A stretch of DNA of 64,000 bases from Candidatus Micrarchaeota archaeon (GCA_016212395.1 JACRGF010000009.1:28132-92131); one strand, 5' to 3'; shown: positions 1-10,770, counted from the stretch's first letter. Numbers and translations: made by a program. Notes: generated by a model from the letters alone, not told the origin.

Positions 1-518
1 CAGATGCTTTCGGAGCAGACATTTCAGAAGAATCAGTAAAATACGCAAAGAAAAAAATTCCGAGCGCCAAGCTGTTCGTTTCAGGGGCTGAAGACCTCGG
101 CTGTTTCCAAGACTATTTTTTCGACAAGGTGGTATGCACTCACTTGATAGAACACTTGACTGCCCCGGAAAAATGCCTGCGCGAGATTCACCGCGTGCTC
201 AAGAAAGGCGGCGTTGCAGTAGTAGAAACTCCTAATTACTTGAGCATATGGCCTTTAGGCGAATTTTTGTTCGACAAGTTCATGGCTAAGCAAAACTATT
301 CGCTGAGAGACCAGCACATTTCAAAGCTGGACTATTTCTCTCTAATCCGCCTGGTTAAAAAAACCGGTTTCAAAGTGGAGCTCGCGCAAACATTTTACGA
401 GTTTTCCCTTCCTGCCTCGTTTGTTTCAACCCGCTTGGCTTACGCCTTGTTCGGCCTGGAAAAAAGAGTGTTCGGCTTTCCATTCGGCCCGTTTATTTTA
501 TTAAAACTTACAAAGTAA
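1..518 (+). CDS. Class I SAM-dependent methyltransferase (type 11-like), 5' partial
   Basis: The reading frame is open from the window start (DAFGADISEESVKYAKKK...). It carries the post-motif-I/II pattern FDKVVCTHLIEHL and VLKKGGVAVVETPN typical of small-molecule SAM methyltransferases. Confidence 0.6.
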   Translation, partial: DAFGADISEESVKYAKKKIPSAKLFVSGAEDLGCFQDYFFDKVVCTHLIEHLTAPEKCLREIHRVLKKGGVAVVETPNYLSIWPLGEFLFDKFMAKQNYSLRDQHISKLDYFSLIRLVKKTGFKVELAQTFYEFSLPASFVSTRLAYALFGLEKRVFGFPFGPFILLKLTK

Positions 519-530
519 ACAATTCAGGGT

Positions 531-1232
531 TTGGTGCTCTTGAAACAAAAAATTTCAATCGTCCTGCCGCTTCACAACGAGCGTGAAAACGCTGAGCGAA
601 TAATCAATGAAATCACCAGCATCTGCAAAAAACAACAGTGGGATTATGAAATCGTTCCTGTTGACGATTGCTCTAAAGATGAAACCCCCAATATTCTCAA
701 GAGGCTAAGCGGGCTGGACGCGCATATCCAGCCTGTTTACAGGACTGGAAATTCCGGAGTCGGCAGGGCGCTGCGCGCTGGCTTTGATTCTGCAAAAGGC
801 GAAATAATCGTTACTATGGACGGAGATTTTTCCCATGTGCCTGAACAAATCCCAGAGCTTGTCGACGGGCTTTCAGAGGCTGACATCGTAGTCGGGTCCA
901 GGTACTGCCCTGATGGCGCGATGGACTCTGATTTCACGAGAATACTAATTTCAAAGTCGTACAATACTCTCGCGAAACTGCTTTACGGCTTGAAAGTAGG
1001 GGATGTTACCACTGGGTTCAGGGCTCACAAGAAAAAAGTCTTGGATAAAATAGCATTGCGCGGCGAGGGCTTTGAAATCCATCCGGAAATTCCGATAAAA
1101 GCATTTCGGAAAGGATTCAAAATAGTTGAAAAGCCAATTCACTACGAAAAGAGAAAGGGAGGCAGTTCAAAACTGCGGTACTTAAAGGTAATGAACGGGT
1201 ATTTATCCGTGCTATTCAAAAATTTGCTATGA
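531..1232 (+). CDS. GT2 glycosyltransferase, dolichol-phosphate mannose/glucose synthase (Dpm1)-like
   Basis: ISIVLPLHNERENAERII...VPVDDCSKDET...TMDGDFSH is a GT-A fold with DxD and a short soluble form. Confidence 0.7.
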   Translation: MVLLKQKISIVLPLHNERENAERIINEITSICKKQQWDYEIVPVDDCSKDETPNILKRLSGLDAHIQPVYRTGNSGVGRALRAGFDSAKGEIIVTMDGDFSHVPEQIPELVDGLSEADIVVGSRYCPDGAMDSDFTRILISKSYNTLAKLLYGLKVGDVTTGFRAHKKKVLDKIALRGEGFEIHPEIPIKAFRKGFKIVEKPIHYEKRKGGSSKLRYLKVMNGYLSVLFKNLL

Positions 1233-1264
1233 TTATCAATGCATGCGTCCAGCAGTTGATTTTT

Positions 1265-2299
1265 ATGAAAGTGCTTGTCACCGGCGGTGCTGGCTTTATA
1301 GGAAGCCATGTCGCAGAATTCTACGCGCAGAAAGGCGCCGAAGTAATAGTCTTTGATAATTTAAGCAGGGGCGAACTTCTCGGAAAACCGCTTAAAAACG
1401 CAAAGTACAACTGGGACTTTCTCTCAAAGAACCGCAATGTTGCTTTGGTTAAAGGCGACGTTCGAAACTCAAGTGAACTCGAGAAAGCTGCGAAAAACGC
1501 GAATGTCATTGTACACACTGCTGCACAAACCGCTGTAACTTCATCCGTTTCAAATCCCGCGGTTGATTTTGAAGTCAATGCCCGCGGAACTTTCAACGTT
1601 CTTGAAGCTGCTAGAAAATCCGGTGCAGGAGACGTTAGCGTCGTGTATTGCTCTACAAACAAGGTTTACGGAAACAACGTGAACAACGTCGAAATCCGCG
1701 AGAAAGAAAAAAAGTACGAGTTTGCCGGAGTTGAAGGAATCAACGAACAATTCAGCGTTGATTTATGCGAGCATACGCCTTACGGCTGCTCAAAATTGTC
1801 CGGAGACTTATACGCACAAGACTACGCTCATCTTCACGGCTTGAAGACTGGCGTTTTCAGGATGAGCTGCATTTACGGAACTCGCCAGTTCGGCTTGGAA
1901 GACCAAGGCTGGGTTGCTTGGTTTGCTATCGCCGCAATCACTGGAACGCCGGTGACTATTTTCGGAGACGGGAAGCAAGTCCGAGACGTTTTATTCGTAA
2001 GCGATTTAGTCGAGTTGTTCAACTCGTTCGTTTCTTCAAGCGTGAAGAACGGAGTTTACAATGCCGGAGGCGGACCTGAAAACACGCTTTCTCTGCTTGA
2101 ACTGCTAAGCATTTTAGAGAATGAAACAGGAGTCAAGTTAAGCCCTTCTTTTGCAGGCTGGCGGCCAAGCGACCAGAAAGTCTATATTTCAGACATTTCA
2201 AAAGCAAGCAAAGAATTAAACTGGAAGCCGAAAATTTCCCCTCTTGCCGGAGTGGAAAAACTCGCAGGCTGGGTCGAAGAAAATAAAAATCTTTTTTGA
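1265..2299 (+). CDS. NAD-dependent sugar-nucleotide epimerase/dehydratase (SDR family)
   Basis: MKVLVTGGAGFIGSH Rossmann motif and the Y..K region (YGCSKLSGDLY). Start chosen at the internal ATG of ORF 1229-2299. Confidence 0.75.
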   Translation: MKVLVTGGAGFIGSHVAEFYAQKGAEVIVFDNLSRGELLGKPLKNAKYNWDFLSKNRNVALVKGDVRNSSELEKAAKNANVIVHTAAQTAVTSSVSNPAVDFEVNARGTFNVLEAARKSGAGDVSVVYCSTNKVYGNNVNNVEIREKEKKYEFAGVEGINEQFSVDLCEHTPYGCSKLSGDLYAQDYAHLHGLKTGVFRMSCIYGTRQFGLEDQGWVAWFAIAAITGTPVTIFGDGKQVRDVLFVSDLVELFNSFVSSSVKNGVYNAGGGPENTLSLLELLSILENETGVKLSPSFAGWRPSDQKVYISDISKASKELNWKPKISPLAGVEKLAGWVEENKNLF

Positions 2300-2312
2300 C
2301 GCGTAATCAAAT

Positions 2313-3035
2313 TCAAGGCGGAGGCAGTATCCCTTCCAGCATCCTGTTCGCCTTTCTGTAAGCGTCCATCGTCCCAACATCAAGCCAGTGCTTGGGATGG
2401 TAGACGAAGCCGGCGAGCTCGCCTTCCTCGGCAAGTTTCGGGAAAATAGTATTTTCTATCTTGATTTTTTTTGCAGGAATCATTTCAAGCACTTCTGGCT
2501 CGAGAATGAAATAACCTGCGTTCGCGAGGTTTGAAGGCGCGTCTTTTTTTTCAGGCTTTTCAACGAACCGAGTTATCCCGTTTCCTTTCACTTCAGCCAC
2601 TCCGAACCTCGGCACGTCTTCCCACGGGACTTTGAACAACGCGACTGTCGCAAGCTTTCCCTGCTTTTTGTGGAATGCGTGCATCTCCTCCATGTCAATG
2701 TTCGTCACATTGTCCCCGTAAGCAACAACAAGCGTTTCGTTCAAGTCCTTTTCGATTGCTATTGCTTTCAAGTCGCCTCCAGTCTCCCACCCGAGCGTTG
2801 CTATTGTCTCAAAATGCACGTGGTCGTGCGGAGTGTGCCTAATATACTCTTCAATCACTTCCCTCATGTGCGACACTGCAATAAACACGTGTGTTACATC
2901 CTTGCACGTCAAAATGTTTTCGCGCACGTAGTCTATCACAGGCTTTCCGCCCACTGGAAGCAAAGGCTTTGGAATAGCGTAAGTAAGCGGCCTCAACCTC
3001 GTTCCCTTTCCTGCAGCTAGAATTACTGCTTTCAT
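2313..3035 (-). CDS. Sugar-1-phosphate nucleotidyltransferase (NTP-transferase family)
   Basis: MKAVILAAGKGTRLRPLTYAIPKPLLPVGGKPVIDY is the canonical G-x-G-T-R-L nucleotidyltransferase signature. Start at the internal Met. Confidence 0.75.
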   Translation of the reverse strand: MKAVILAAGKGTRLRPLTYAIPKPLLPVGGKPVIDYVRENILTCKDVTHVFIAVSHMREVIEEYIRHTPHDHVHFETIATLGWETGGDLKAIAIEKDLNETLVVAYGDNVTNIDMEEMHAFHKKQGKLATVALFKVPWEDVPRFGVAEVKGNGITRFVEKPEKKDAPSNLANAGYFILEPEVLEMIPAKKIKIENTIFPKLAEEGELAGFVYHPKHWLDVGTMDAYRKANRMLEGILPPP

Positions 3036-3084
3036 GCAATTCATTCTGTTTGAAAAAAGATTTAAAACACTCGTCAAGCAAAGA

Positions 3085-4812
3085 ATGCGCATGGAATCGC
3101 GTGCATTGAAAGATGTTTTTGCTGACAAGCGTGTTTTGCTTTTGCTTGTTTTGCTTGCTGCCTTTCTCGCCCGCGTTTTCTACGCTGCAAACGCCGAGTT
3201 CGGAGCAGACGAAGTTAACTATTTCGCCCGTGCAATCAATTTTTTCTCCCTCCCCCACTTGTCCACCATTGACCACCCCTCTCTTTACTTCTACCTAATC
3301 GACTCTTCCTATAAATTGTTCGGGGGAGTAAACTGGCTTTCAGCGCGTTTTCCGGGAGTGCTGCTCGGAACGCTCTCCGTTCTGCTCATCTACTTGATTG
3401 GAGAAAAGCTGTTCACTCCGCGCGTCGGTCTTGCCTCCGCGTTTTTCTCAGCTTTCTCGTTTTTCCAGGCAAAATACTCTGGAATGGGCACTATAGACAC
3501 GTTTTCTGCTTTCTTCGCGTTGCTGTGCATCTACTTTTTTTCAAGGAGAAAAGAAAACTCGTCTTTTCTTGCAGCGAGCGGGCTCGCCTTAGGACTGGCA
3601 GCAATGTCCAAATACTCTGCATTATTCATCCTGCCCGCGCTCATTGCATGGGCGTTGCTTGAAGAACGCAAGATGTTCTTTGAGCGGAAAGCACTGCTCG
3701 GCGTGTTCTTCATCCTGTTGTTCCTTTCCCCTGCAGCCATCTACAACTTTCTGCTCTTCGAGAAGGAAGGCATTCTCGATTTTCAATTCACGCGCTTGTT
3801 CAAAACTTCGAATGAAAAATTCCAAAACCTCGCCGGAATAAACGAGGGGTTCGAGTTTGGAAAACTGCCGGGTGGAATCGCTTCAGTTTCAGTACTGTTC
3901 GCCTCTTTCTTTCCAATAATTTCCCTGCTCGCGCTTGCAGGAATTTTTTTCAAGCAGCATGATGCAAACCTTCGTTTCCTCGCAGCGTGCTTTTTATTTC
4001 CCTCCTTTTTCTTTGCAGGCATCGGGTTTCAATCCTTTTACTTTCAACTGGCCGTTCCCTTCCTCTTCCTGATAGCAGGAGTTGGGTTGAATGAAATTGC
4101 TGATTCGTCTTTAAAACAAAAAAATTCAACAACGCGCGCCTTGCTTCTTGTTCTTATTATTTTTGCCTGCGTTGAATTGCTTCTCGCGTCAAACGATTTT
4201 GCTGGTTTGGAAAAGAGCGCAACCCTGCAGTTGCGCGATTACGCGCGCAACATTCCTGAAAACGCGCTCGTTGTTGCAGACCACCGCATTTACTTGGGAC
4301 GAATGGCGTGGGCGCTTCACGACAAGCACTACATTTCAGTAGTAGACGACAAGTACCTGGCAATGGCTTTAGATTACCCCGGCACTCCAGAGCCAATCCG
4401 CATTTTCTTCGTAGAATGCACTAAAAAAGAATGCGGCTGGCGCAAAGGCCTGTTGAACGATTCAATCGCTCAAAGAAAGATAATGTCCATCTTCGAGTCT
4501 GCCGCAATATCCCAGCACGTTATTTTTGAAGACGGAAAGCCGGCTTACACTGTGAAAGACTTGGGCACGTTCATGTTCAAGCCAAACATTCTCGTAGCTG
4601 CGGACGCGACTCACTGGAATTACTTCTACCCCGTAGGCTGGAGGAATGAAGACGATTTTTACATTCGCGACTGCATCGACTGCTTCAAAGACCTTCAGCC
4701 TGAAAGAAAAGCGTTGCAGGACTTCGGCATGCTAATCGTTTACGCGGGAATTGCGAGTGCATTCGCATCTATCTTTTACTTGCTCGTAAAAATAGTCAAA
4801 TTTTTTGTTTAA
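3085..4812 (+). CDS. GT-C fold glycosyltransferase (PMT_2/ArnT-like, polyprenyl-phosphate-sugar dependent)
   Basis: About 11 TM segments. The N-terminal loop (EFGADEVNYFARAINFF) resembles the ArnT/PMT family. It sits in the glycosylation cluster. Confidence 0.55.
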   Translation: MRMESRALKDVFADKRVLLLLVLLAAFLARVFYAANAEFGADEVNYFARAINFFSLPHLSTIDHPSLYFYLIDSSYKLFGGVNWLSARFPGVLLGTLSVLLIYLIGEKLFTPRVGLASAFFSAFSFFQAKYSGMGTIDTFSAFFALLCIYFFSRRKENSSFLAASGLALGLAAMSKYSALFILPALIAWALLEERKMFFERKALLGVFFILLFLSPAAIYNFLLFEKEGILDFQFTRLFKTSNEKFQNLAGINEGFEFGKLPGGIASVSVLFASFFPIISLLALAGIFFKQHDANLRFLAACFLFPSFFFAGIGFQSFYFQLAVPFLFLIAGVGLNEIADSSLKQKNSTTRALLLVLIIFACVELLLASNDFAGLEKSATLQLRDYARNIPENALVVADHRIYLGRMAWALHDKHYISVVDDKYLAMALDYPGTPEPIRIFFVECTKKECGWRKGLLNDSIAQRKIMSIFESAAISQHVIFEDGKPAYTVKDLGTFMFKPNILVAADATHWNYFYPVGWRNEDDFYIRDCIDCFKDLQPERKALQDFGMLIVYAGIASAFASIFYLLVKIVKFFV

Positions 4813-5713
4813 ACCATTCTATTGTTTTCTTCAGCCCTTCGTCCAGCTCGACTTTCGGCTGCCAGCCTATTGCTTTTTTTATTTTTGTTATGTCCGGCTT
4901 TCGTTTTTTCGGGTCGTCTTGAGGCAAAGGCTTGAAAACAATTTCAGACTCTGATTTCGTCATCTGTTTTATTCTCTGCGCGAACTCGAGTATAGTGTGC
5001 TCTTCAGGATTCCCGGAGTTGAACGCTTCCCCTGAAAACTTCGAGTTCATCAGCTTCACGAGCGCTTCCACCTGGTCGCTCACAAAGCAAAAGCTTCTCG
5101 TTTGCTTTCCGTCTCCATACACTGTAATCGGTTCGCCTCGCAGCGCCTGGCCCACGAAATTCGGCACTACCCTGCCGTCATCAAGCCTCATTCTTGGGCC
5201 GTACGTGTTGAAAATCCTTGCAAGCACTACGTTCGCGAGCTTTTTAGAGTGGTAAGCGATGCACAATGCTTCAGCATACCTTTTCGCCTCGTCATAGCAC
5301 GAGCGAGGTCCTATCGGGTTCACGTTTCCAAAATACGTTTCAACCTGCGGGTGCACTTGCGGGTCCCCGTACACTTCGCTCGTTGAAGCGTGAAGCATGC
5401 GTGCGTTGTTCTTCCTCGCGCACTCTAAAACATTCTGCACTCCAACAGAACCTACTAACAGCGTTTCAACAGACAAGTTCCGGTAATCAACTGGGCTTGC
5501 AGGAGACGCGAGGTTGTACACCTGCTCGCACTTCACTTCAAATTGCTTCGTGACATCCTGCTTTACAAACTCGACGTTCGCAATCCCTTCAACGTTCTCC
5601 TTTCTTCCAGTAGAAAGATTGTCCACGCAAATTACTTTGTTCCCCTCGCCTGCAAGCCGTTCGCACAAATGAGAGCCAATAAAGCCCGCACCGCCAGTCA
5701 CTAAAATTTTCAC
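4796..5713 (-). CDS. uxs: UDP-glucuronate decarboxylase (UDP-xylose synthase, UXS-like)
   Basis: MKILVTGGAGFIGSHLCERL...VDNLSTGRKENVE...YDEAKRYAE is close to UXS1-type SDRs. It lies adjacent to ugd. Confidence 0.65.
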   Translation of the reverse strand: MKILVTGGAGFIGSHLCERLAGEGNKVICVDNLSTGRKENVEGIANVEFVKQDVTKQFEVKCEQVYNLASPASPVDYRNLSVETLLVGSVGVQNVLECARKNNARMLHASTSEVYGDPQVHPQVETYFGNVNPIGPRSCYDEAKRYAEALCIAYHSKKLANVVLARIFNTYGPRMRLDDGRVVPNFVGQALRGEPITVYGDGKQTRSFCFVSDQVEALVKLMNSKFSGEAFNSGNPEEHTILEFAQRIKQMTKSESEIVFKPLPQDDPKKRKPDITKIKKAIGWQPKVELDEGLKKTIEWFKQKI

Positions 5714-5791
5714 TCAACATCACCACACATTAAATAAACAAAAATGAACTCAGCGTGCATTTCTCATTTTTTTTTCTTCTTTCCCCTCTGC

Positions 5792-7111
5792 TTACTCGTT
5801 TTTCATTCCAACTCCGTAATACTTGAATCCGCTTGCCTTCGCTTTTTTTGCGTCTATAATTCTTCTCCCATCAACTATTACTGCCTGCTTCATCGTATTT
5901 TTTGCTTTCTGCAAGTCCATTTCTCCAAACTGCTTCCACTCTGTTACTACAAGCATTGCATCAGCGCCATTCACGCAATCGTACTCATCTTTCGCATACA
6001 CTATTCCTTTCAACGTTTTCTTTGCGTTCCCCATTGCTTCAGGGTCGAATGCAGTTACAATCGCTTTTTCTTCCAACAGCCAGTTGATTATGCGTATCGC
6101 CGGAGCTTCGCGAATGTCGTCAGTGTCAGGCTTGAACGCTATCCCAAGCACTGCAATCTTTTTCCCATTCAAATCCCCGAGCGCTTTCTTCAAGTAATCA
6201 ATCGCCTTCTTCGCCTGCTGCTTGTTCACTTTCACCACGCAGTCAAGCAGTTCAGGCTCGCAACCATTTTGTTTCGCAACATGCCTTAACGCGTCAACGT
6301 CTTTAGGAAAACACGAGCCCCCGTAACCCAACCCTGCATTAAGAAACTTCGGCCCAATTCTGCTGTCCAACCCTATTCCTTTCGCAACGTCAAGCACGTC
6401 TATCTCGAGCTTTTCGCAAACGTTCGCAATCTCGTTGATGAAACTGATTTTCGTCGCGAGGAAAGAGTTGCTTGCGTACTTAATCATTTCCGCAGTGCGC
6501 AAGTTCGTGCGCATTACTGAATGCTTTCCCTCGAAAGGCGCGTATAATTTCGCAACTATCCCAACATCCTTGTCGCTCAACCCGCCAATCACTACTCTGT
6601 CAGGCTCCATAAAATCTTTCACTGCGTTCCCTTCCCTTAAAAATTCCGGGTTCATCGCAACTCCAAAGCCCTCCCCTGCCTTTTTCCTGCTTTCCTTCTC
6701 CAAAATCGGAATAATCGACTCGCTCGTGCCAGGAGGCACAGTGCTCTTCACCACTACGACGTGGTACTCTTTTTTTCCAGCAATCGCCTTTCCTATTCCT
6801 TCAGCTGCTTTCCTAATGAACGACAAGTCGCTGCTCCCGTCTTCCTTAGGAGGAGTTCCTACACAAATAAAAGTAACTTCGCTTTCCAAAACTGCTTTCG
6901 CCAATTCAAGCGTTGCCTTCATCCTTCCAGCTCTCAAATTCTTTCCAATCAACTCTTCCAAGCCAGGCTCGAAAATAGGCGTTTTCCCAGCATTAATCGC
7001 ATCCACTTTCTCCTTCACAACATCAATGCACGTTACGCTGTTCCCGAGCTCGGCTAAGCACGTGCCAGTAACAACTCCCACATAGCCTGTTCCAATAACG
7101 CTTACCTTCAT
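5792..7111 (-). CDS. ugd: UDP-glucose 6-dehydrogenase
   Basis: MKVSVIGTGYVGVVTGTCLAELGNSVTCIDV and GGSCFPKD (catalytic Cys) are UDPGDH-family hallmarks. Confidence 0.85.
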   Translation of the reverse strand: MKVSVIGTGYVGVVTGTCLAELGNSVTCIDVVKEKVDAINAGKTPIFEPGLEELIGKNLRAGRMKATLELAKAVLESEVTFICVGTPPKEDGSSDLSFIRKAAEGIGKAIAGKKEYHVVVVKSTVPPGTSESIIPILEKESRKKAGEGFGVAMNPEFLREGNAVKDFMEPDRVVIGGLSDKDVGIVAKLYAPFEGKHSVMRTNLRTAEMIKYASNSFLATKISFINEIANVCEKLEIDVLDVAKGIGLDSRIGPKFLNAGLGYGGSCFPKDVDALRHVAKQNGCEPELLDCVVKVNKQQAKKAIDYLKKALGDLNGKKIAVLGIAFKPDTDDIREAPAIRIINWLLEEKAIVTAFDPEAMGNAKKTLKGIVYAKDEYDCVNGADAMLVVTEWKQFGEMDLQKAKNTMKQAVIVDGRRIIDAKKAKASGFKYYGVGMKNE

Positions 7112-7183
7112 GCTTCTACCTCTTCTGCTGAAAAATATACTACGACATTAATATTAATCAATTTATTTTGCCCATCAACATGC

Positions 7184-8167
7184 ATGAAAATTTCCTTCAT
7201 TATTCCAATTTTCAACGAGAAAGACATCATCCGCGAGTTTTTATCCCGCATGCTCGCGCAGTCACGCAAGCCTCTTGAACTCATTTTTGTGGACGAGTCG
7301 AAAGACGAAACCCCGAAAATAATCGAGGAATGCGCGAAAAAAAACCAGCACGTCCGCCTGTTTCACTTCGAAGAAAAAAAGGGCGTTTCTTTTTCAAAAA
7401 ATTACGGGGCAAAACAAGCGAGCGGAGACATCATAGTTTTCATGGATGCAGACATGTTTGCTGATGCAAACCTCGTTGAAGAAATAGAAAAAACGTTCAG
7501 CGACGAACGCATCCTGATGGCGAGCTGGAAGGATACAGGCGTCCAGCCGAAAACGTTCATTGCGAAATGCTATTTCGTGCGCGCGCGCTATTACGGGGAA
7601 ACGCGCAAGGACGTAAAGCAAGTTTACGCGCCACGCTGTTACCGCAAGAAAATATTCGAAAAATTCAACGGATTCGACGAGAAGCTAAAGTACTACGAAG
7701 ACGTGGAACTAGGCGAGAGAATTGCGAAAAGCGGGCTCGGATTTTCAAAAAAAGCTGCCAACGAAGAGCTTTCAAGCGGAAAAAGCGTTGCAGTAATAAA
7801 CGCTTTCGTAGCGCACGTTGACCCTGCGAGCTTCAAGGACTTTGAAAAGCAGAACGCGTGGCTCGGAGACAGCCTGAGCTTCAGGATCCTATGGGAGAAA
7901 AGAAAAGTACTGTTCAAGCCCCTCGGGCCAGCTTACTGGGCCCTGTTCTTCTCGCTCTTCGCATTAAGTTTTCTCCATTCCGCCTTCTTTTACGCTTTTC
8001 TCGCAATGCTCGCAAGCGTTTTATTCGAATTCACCCGATGCGTCGCAATAACCAAAACCATCCTTCCAAGCGCAGGCTTTATCGCTTTAAGCGCGCTGAA
8101 AGTGTTCATCACTGCATTCGCTTACGCAAAAAAACTGATTCTATTTCCATTCAAAAAGAAACAATAA
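7184..8167 (+). CDS. GT2 glycosyltransferase with C-terminal TM helices
   Basis: ISFIIPIFNEKDII...FVDESKDET...FMDADM is a GT-A fold with DxD. Hydrophobic C-terminus. Confidence 0.7.
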   Translation: MKISFIIPIFNEKDIIREFLSRMLAQSRKPLELIFVDESKDETPKIIEECAKKNQHVRLFHFEEKKGVSFSKNYGAKQASGDIIVFMDADMFADANLVEEIEKTFSDERILMASWKDTGVQPKTFIAKCYFVRARYYGETRKDVKQVYAPRCYRKKIFEKFNGFDEKLKYYEDVELGERIAKSGLGFSKKAANEELSSGKSVAVINAFVAHVDPASFKDFEKQNAWLGDSLSFRILWEKRKVLFKPLGPAYWALFFSLFALSFLHSAFFYAFLAMLASVLFEFTRCVAITKTILPSAGFIALSALKVFITAFAYAKKLILFPFKKKQ

Positions 8168-8225
8168 ATTGCGTGCGTGCACACGTTGCTTTCCACTCTT
8201 CTATTTCAAAAAAAATAATCGTCAA

Positions 8226-9704
8226 TTACTTCTTTTTTCTCACAAATCTAATAATCCTCTGCATTAATTGCTTATCCTCTTCATCAAGCAAAATCAAGTA
8301 GGCAACAGCAAACGCAAAAGGAGTTGCCGCGAGCAACACGAATGGGTTCACGTTCGCGCGCAGTTGAGACAACGCAACGGTAACCACCAGCGATATCGCG
8401 AGAGGTTTTACGACGTGCTTGCTGCTGATCTTTAGTTTAAGCAAGCAAGATGCAAGAACGAGCGACGCTATAGACACTGCTCCATACGCTACTACATACG
8501 TTATTGATGCCCCGAGAAACCCGAGTTTCGGAATGAGCGCAATGTTGAACACTATCATTAACAGCGACAGCGCGAGAGTCAGCACAGTAATTTTTTTCAC
8601 CATTGCCTTCGTGTAAAGCATGGTGGTGCTCACGTTCTGCACGAACACGAAGAATATCGCCAACGCAAAAAACTGGAGCGCCGGGACAGATTCAGCATAC
8701 CCTCTCGGGTAAATGCCCATTATTTCAGGAGCGAAGAAAACCAAGTAGAACGTGAGCGGGATGAGGAACATTGCCCCGTACTTCAGCATCCTGTCAAACA
8801 TTTTTGCCTGCACATCTCCGCGTTTTTTCGCCTCCATTTCGACAAAGAAAGAGTAGAGGAACGTTGTTGAAACAGGAATTGCCGCGAATATCGCGTTCAA
8901 AATCACTTGCGCTGCCCTGTAAAGCGCCACTTGCTCAGAGTTGCTGAAATAATTTATGAGCAAAATGTCGCTGTTCGAAAACAAGTAGCCAACGAACGCC
9001 GTGACTGCCGAATAAAACAGGAAATCGTCCACTGGCTTCGCATCCCCTTGTTTTTTCGCTTCAAGCTTTCCATTGAACAAATACAAAAATATTGCAAAAT
9101 AAACTGCAAGCGCCAGCACGAACGACAACGACACGCCAACAATCGCATTAAATGCGTTCGCTCCCATGAAATAAACCACTGCAAGCGGCACTGCCAGCTT
9201 CAATGCATTCAGGCAAAGCGACGAGAGCGAAACGAACTCGTACTTGTTCACCGCGGAAAACAAAAATCCAGCGTAATGCACGAACGTGTAAACGAACGCC
9301 GCCATTCCAATAAGCTGGAACACGAACACGAGCGACGCGTCGTGCAAAACAATTTCCGCAAGCTGGCTTGAAAAAACAAGCACGAGCGCGCAAACCACAA
9401 GCGACGCTGCAAGCTTTATTTTCAGCAGGTGCCAGAAGTAAAAACCTGCTTTTCCGTCTTTCGCGAAAAAACTCCTGCCGAAAAAACGAACGGCCGTCTG
9501 CTGAACGCCCACGTCAGACAAGTTTACTGCAAGCATAGCCAAGGCAACAAAAGTTGAAAGCAAACCGAATTCTTCCTTTGAAAGCAAGTGCGCAAACGCT
9601 ATCGTGAACGCAGCGCCGAACACTAGCACGAACGCCTGCGAGGAAACCGCGAAAAAATTCTGCTTCAAAACACGCTCAAGCATGACAAACGCTTTGCATG
9701 GCAC
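8226..9704 (-). CDS. MOP-superfamily polysaccharide/oligosaccharide flippase (Wzx-like)
   Basis: A 492-aa protein with about 12-14 TM segments throughout, in a glycan-cluster context. Confidence 0.6.
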   Translation of the reverse strand: MPCKAFVMLERVLKQNFFAVSSQAFVLVFGAAFTIAFAHLLSKEEFGLLSTFVALAMLAVNLSDVGVQQTAVRFFGRSFFAKDGKAGFYFWHLLKIKLAASLVVCALVLVFSSQLAEIVLHDASLVFVFQLIGMAAFVYTFVHYAGFLFSAVNKYEFVSLSSLCLNALKLAVPLAVVYFMGANAFNAIVGVSLSFVLALAVYFAIFLYLFNGKLEAKKQGDAKPVDDFLFYSAVTAFVGYLFSNSDILLINYFSNSEQVALYRAAQVILNAIFAAIPVSTTFLYSFFVEMEAKKRGDVQAKMFDRMLKYGAMFLIPLTFYLVFFAPEIMGIYPRGYAESVPALQFFALAIFFVFVQNVSTTMLYTKAMVKKITVLTLALSLLMIVFNIALIPKLGFLGASITYVVAYGAVSIASLVLASCLLKLKISSKHVVKPLAISLVVTVALSQLRANVNPFVLLAATPFAFAVAYLILLDEEDKQLMQRIIRFVRKKK

Positions 9705-9709
9705 TTATT

Positions 9710-10717
9710 TTATTCTTGCGTTTTCCGTTTCTTAATGAAAAGCGAGAGCAGCAAGCCTGTTCCAACCATGTACCAGAACGTGAGCAGCCTGCCGAGCAGC
9801 ACAGCGCTTACTGCAAGCTCTTTCTCTACTCCAACGCTCATCAAGAGAAAAGAGAACGAGAATTCCTGCGCGCCAGTTCCTCCGGGAAGAGTTGAAATCA
9901 AGCCCATGAGCGTTGCAAGCGAAATCGCGCCCATGCAAAACAACAACGGGTTGCTAACGCCTAACTTCGAGAGGTCTATTCCAATTGACTGGAACGCGAA
10001 AAAATAAACAAGCGCGCTGAAAAGCCAAATCAAAACAGTGAGCGCAAGAGGAAGAACAAACGCGCGCGACAATTTCAAGCCTTCAAACAATTGCGTTATC
10101 TTATCCAAATTTTTAGATGCAACACCCTCTATTCTGCCTGCTGGCTTTTTCATTTTTATTTTCTTCATCACTCCAACCGCGATTTCAATTGTTTTTCCAG
10201 CCACTTTCATGAACAGTTTCTCCATTCTCTTGCTTTGCGAGACTGCTACGAACGCTGCAACGAACAACGCGAAGAACACTACTGGCGCGTAGAAAACAGG
10301 CGAGTTCACGTACTGAAGCGAGAGGAGAGAAAACGAAACCACCACTATCATGTCGCCCAAGCGTTCGAGCATGTTTTTGCTGAACGTTTTCGTGAACGGA
10401 AAATTGTGCGTTGACTTCAAAATAAGCGCTTTCGTTGGCTCAGCAGCCCTTCCGGGAGTAACGTTCGCGAGCGCCACTCCGAACATTTGAATCGGAAGCA
10501 ACTCCAAGTAAGAAATTTTTCCAACATCAGCAAGCAACAGCTTGAAGCGAAGCACATGAATTAGAATAACGCACGTTGCAGCCGCCAACGCTAACAGCAC
10601 GTAATTTGCGTCAGCATTCTTCAAATTCTCGAGCAATTCCTGCGGGTTTGCGTACAAGACAAGCAACGCCAAAAGCCCAAAGCTGAACAGCATGACCGCA
10701 ATCTTCGTTTTATCCAA
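9710..10717 (-). CDS. Flippase-like / UPF0104 (lysyl-PG synthase TM-region-like) membrane protein
   Basis: A 335-aa polytopic membrane protein immediately downstream of the Wzx-like gene. Confidence 0.45.
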   Translation of the reverse strand: MDKTKIAVMLFSFGLLALLVLYANPQELLENLKNADANYVLLALAAATCVILIHVLRFKLLLADVGKISYLELLPIQMFGVALANVTPGRAAEPTKALILKSTHNFPFTKTFSKNMLERLGDMIVVVSFSLLSLQYVNSPVFYAPVVFFALFVAAFVAVSQSKRMEKLFMKVAGKTIEIAVGVMKKIKMKKPAGRIEGVASKNLDKITQLFEGLKLSRAFVLPLALTVLIWLFSALVYFFAFQSIGIDLSKLGVSNPLLFCMGAISLATLMGLISTLPGGTGAQEFSFSFLLMSVGVEKELAVSAVLLGRLLTFWYMVGTGLLLSLFIKKRKTQE

Positions 10718-10770
10718 TCAATCCACCGTCTAAATACATTTTTTATCTTTTGTTTTCAGAAACAATGTTT

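Noticed and set aside
5744-7085. Plus-strand ORFs antisense to ugd (5744-6289, 5823-6197, 6435-7085)
   Set aside because: They are fully nested antisense to a strongly supported UDP-glucose dehydrogenase. Products are low-complexity.
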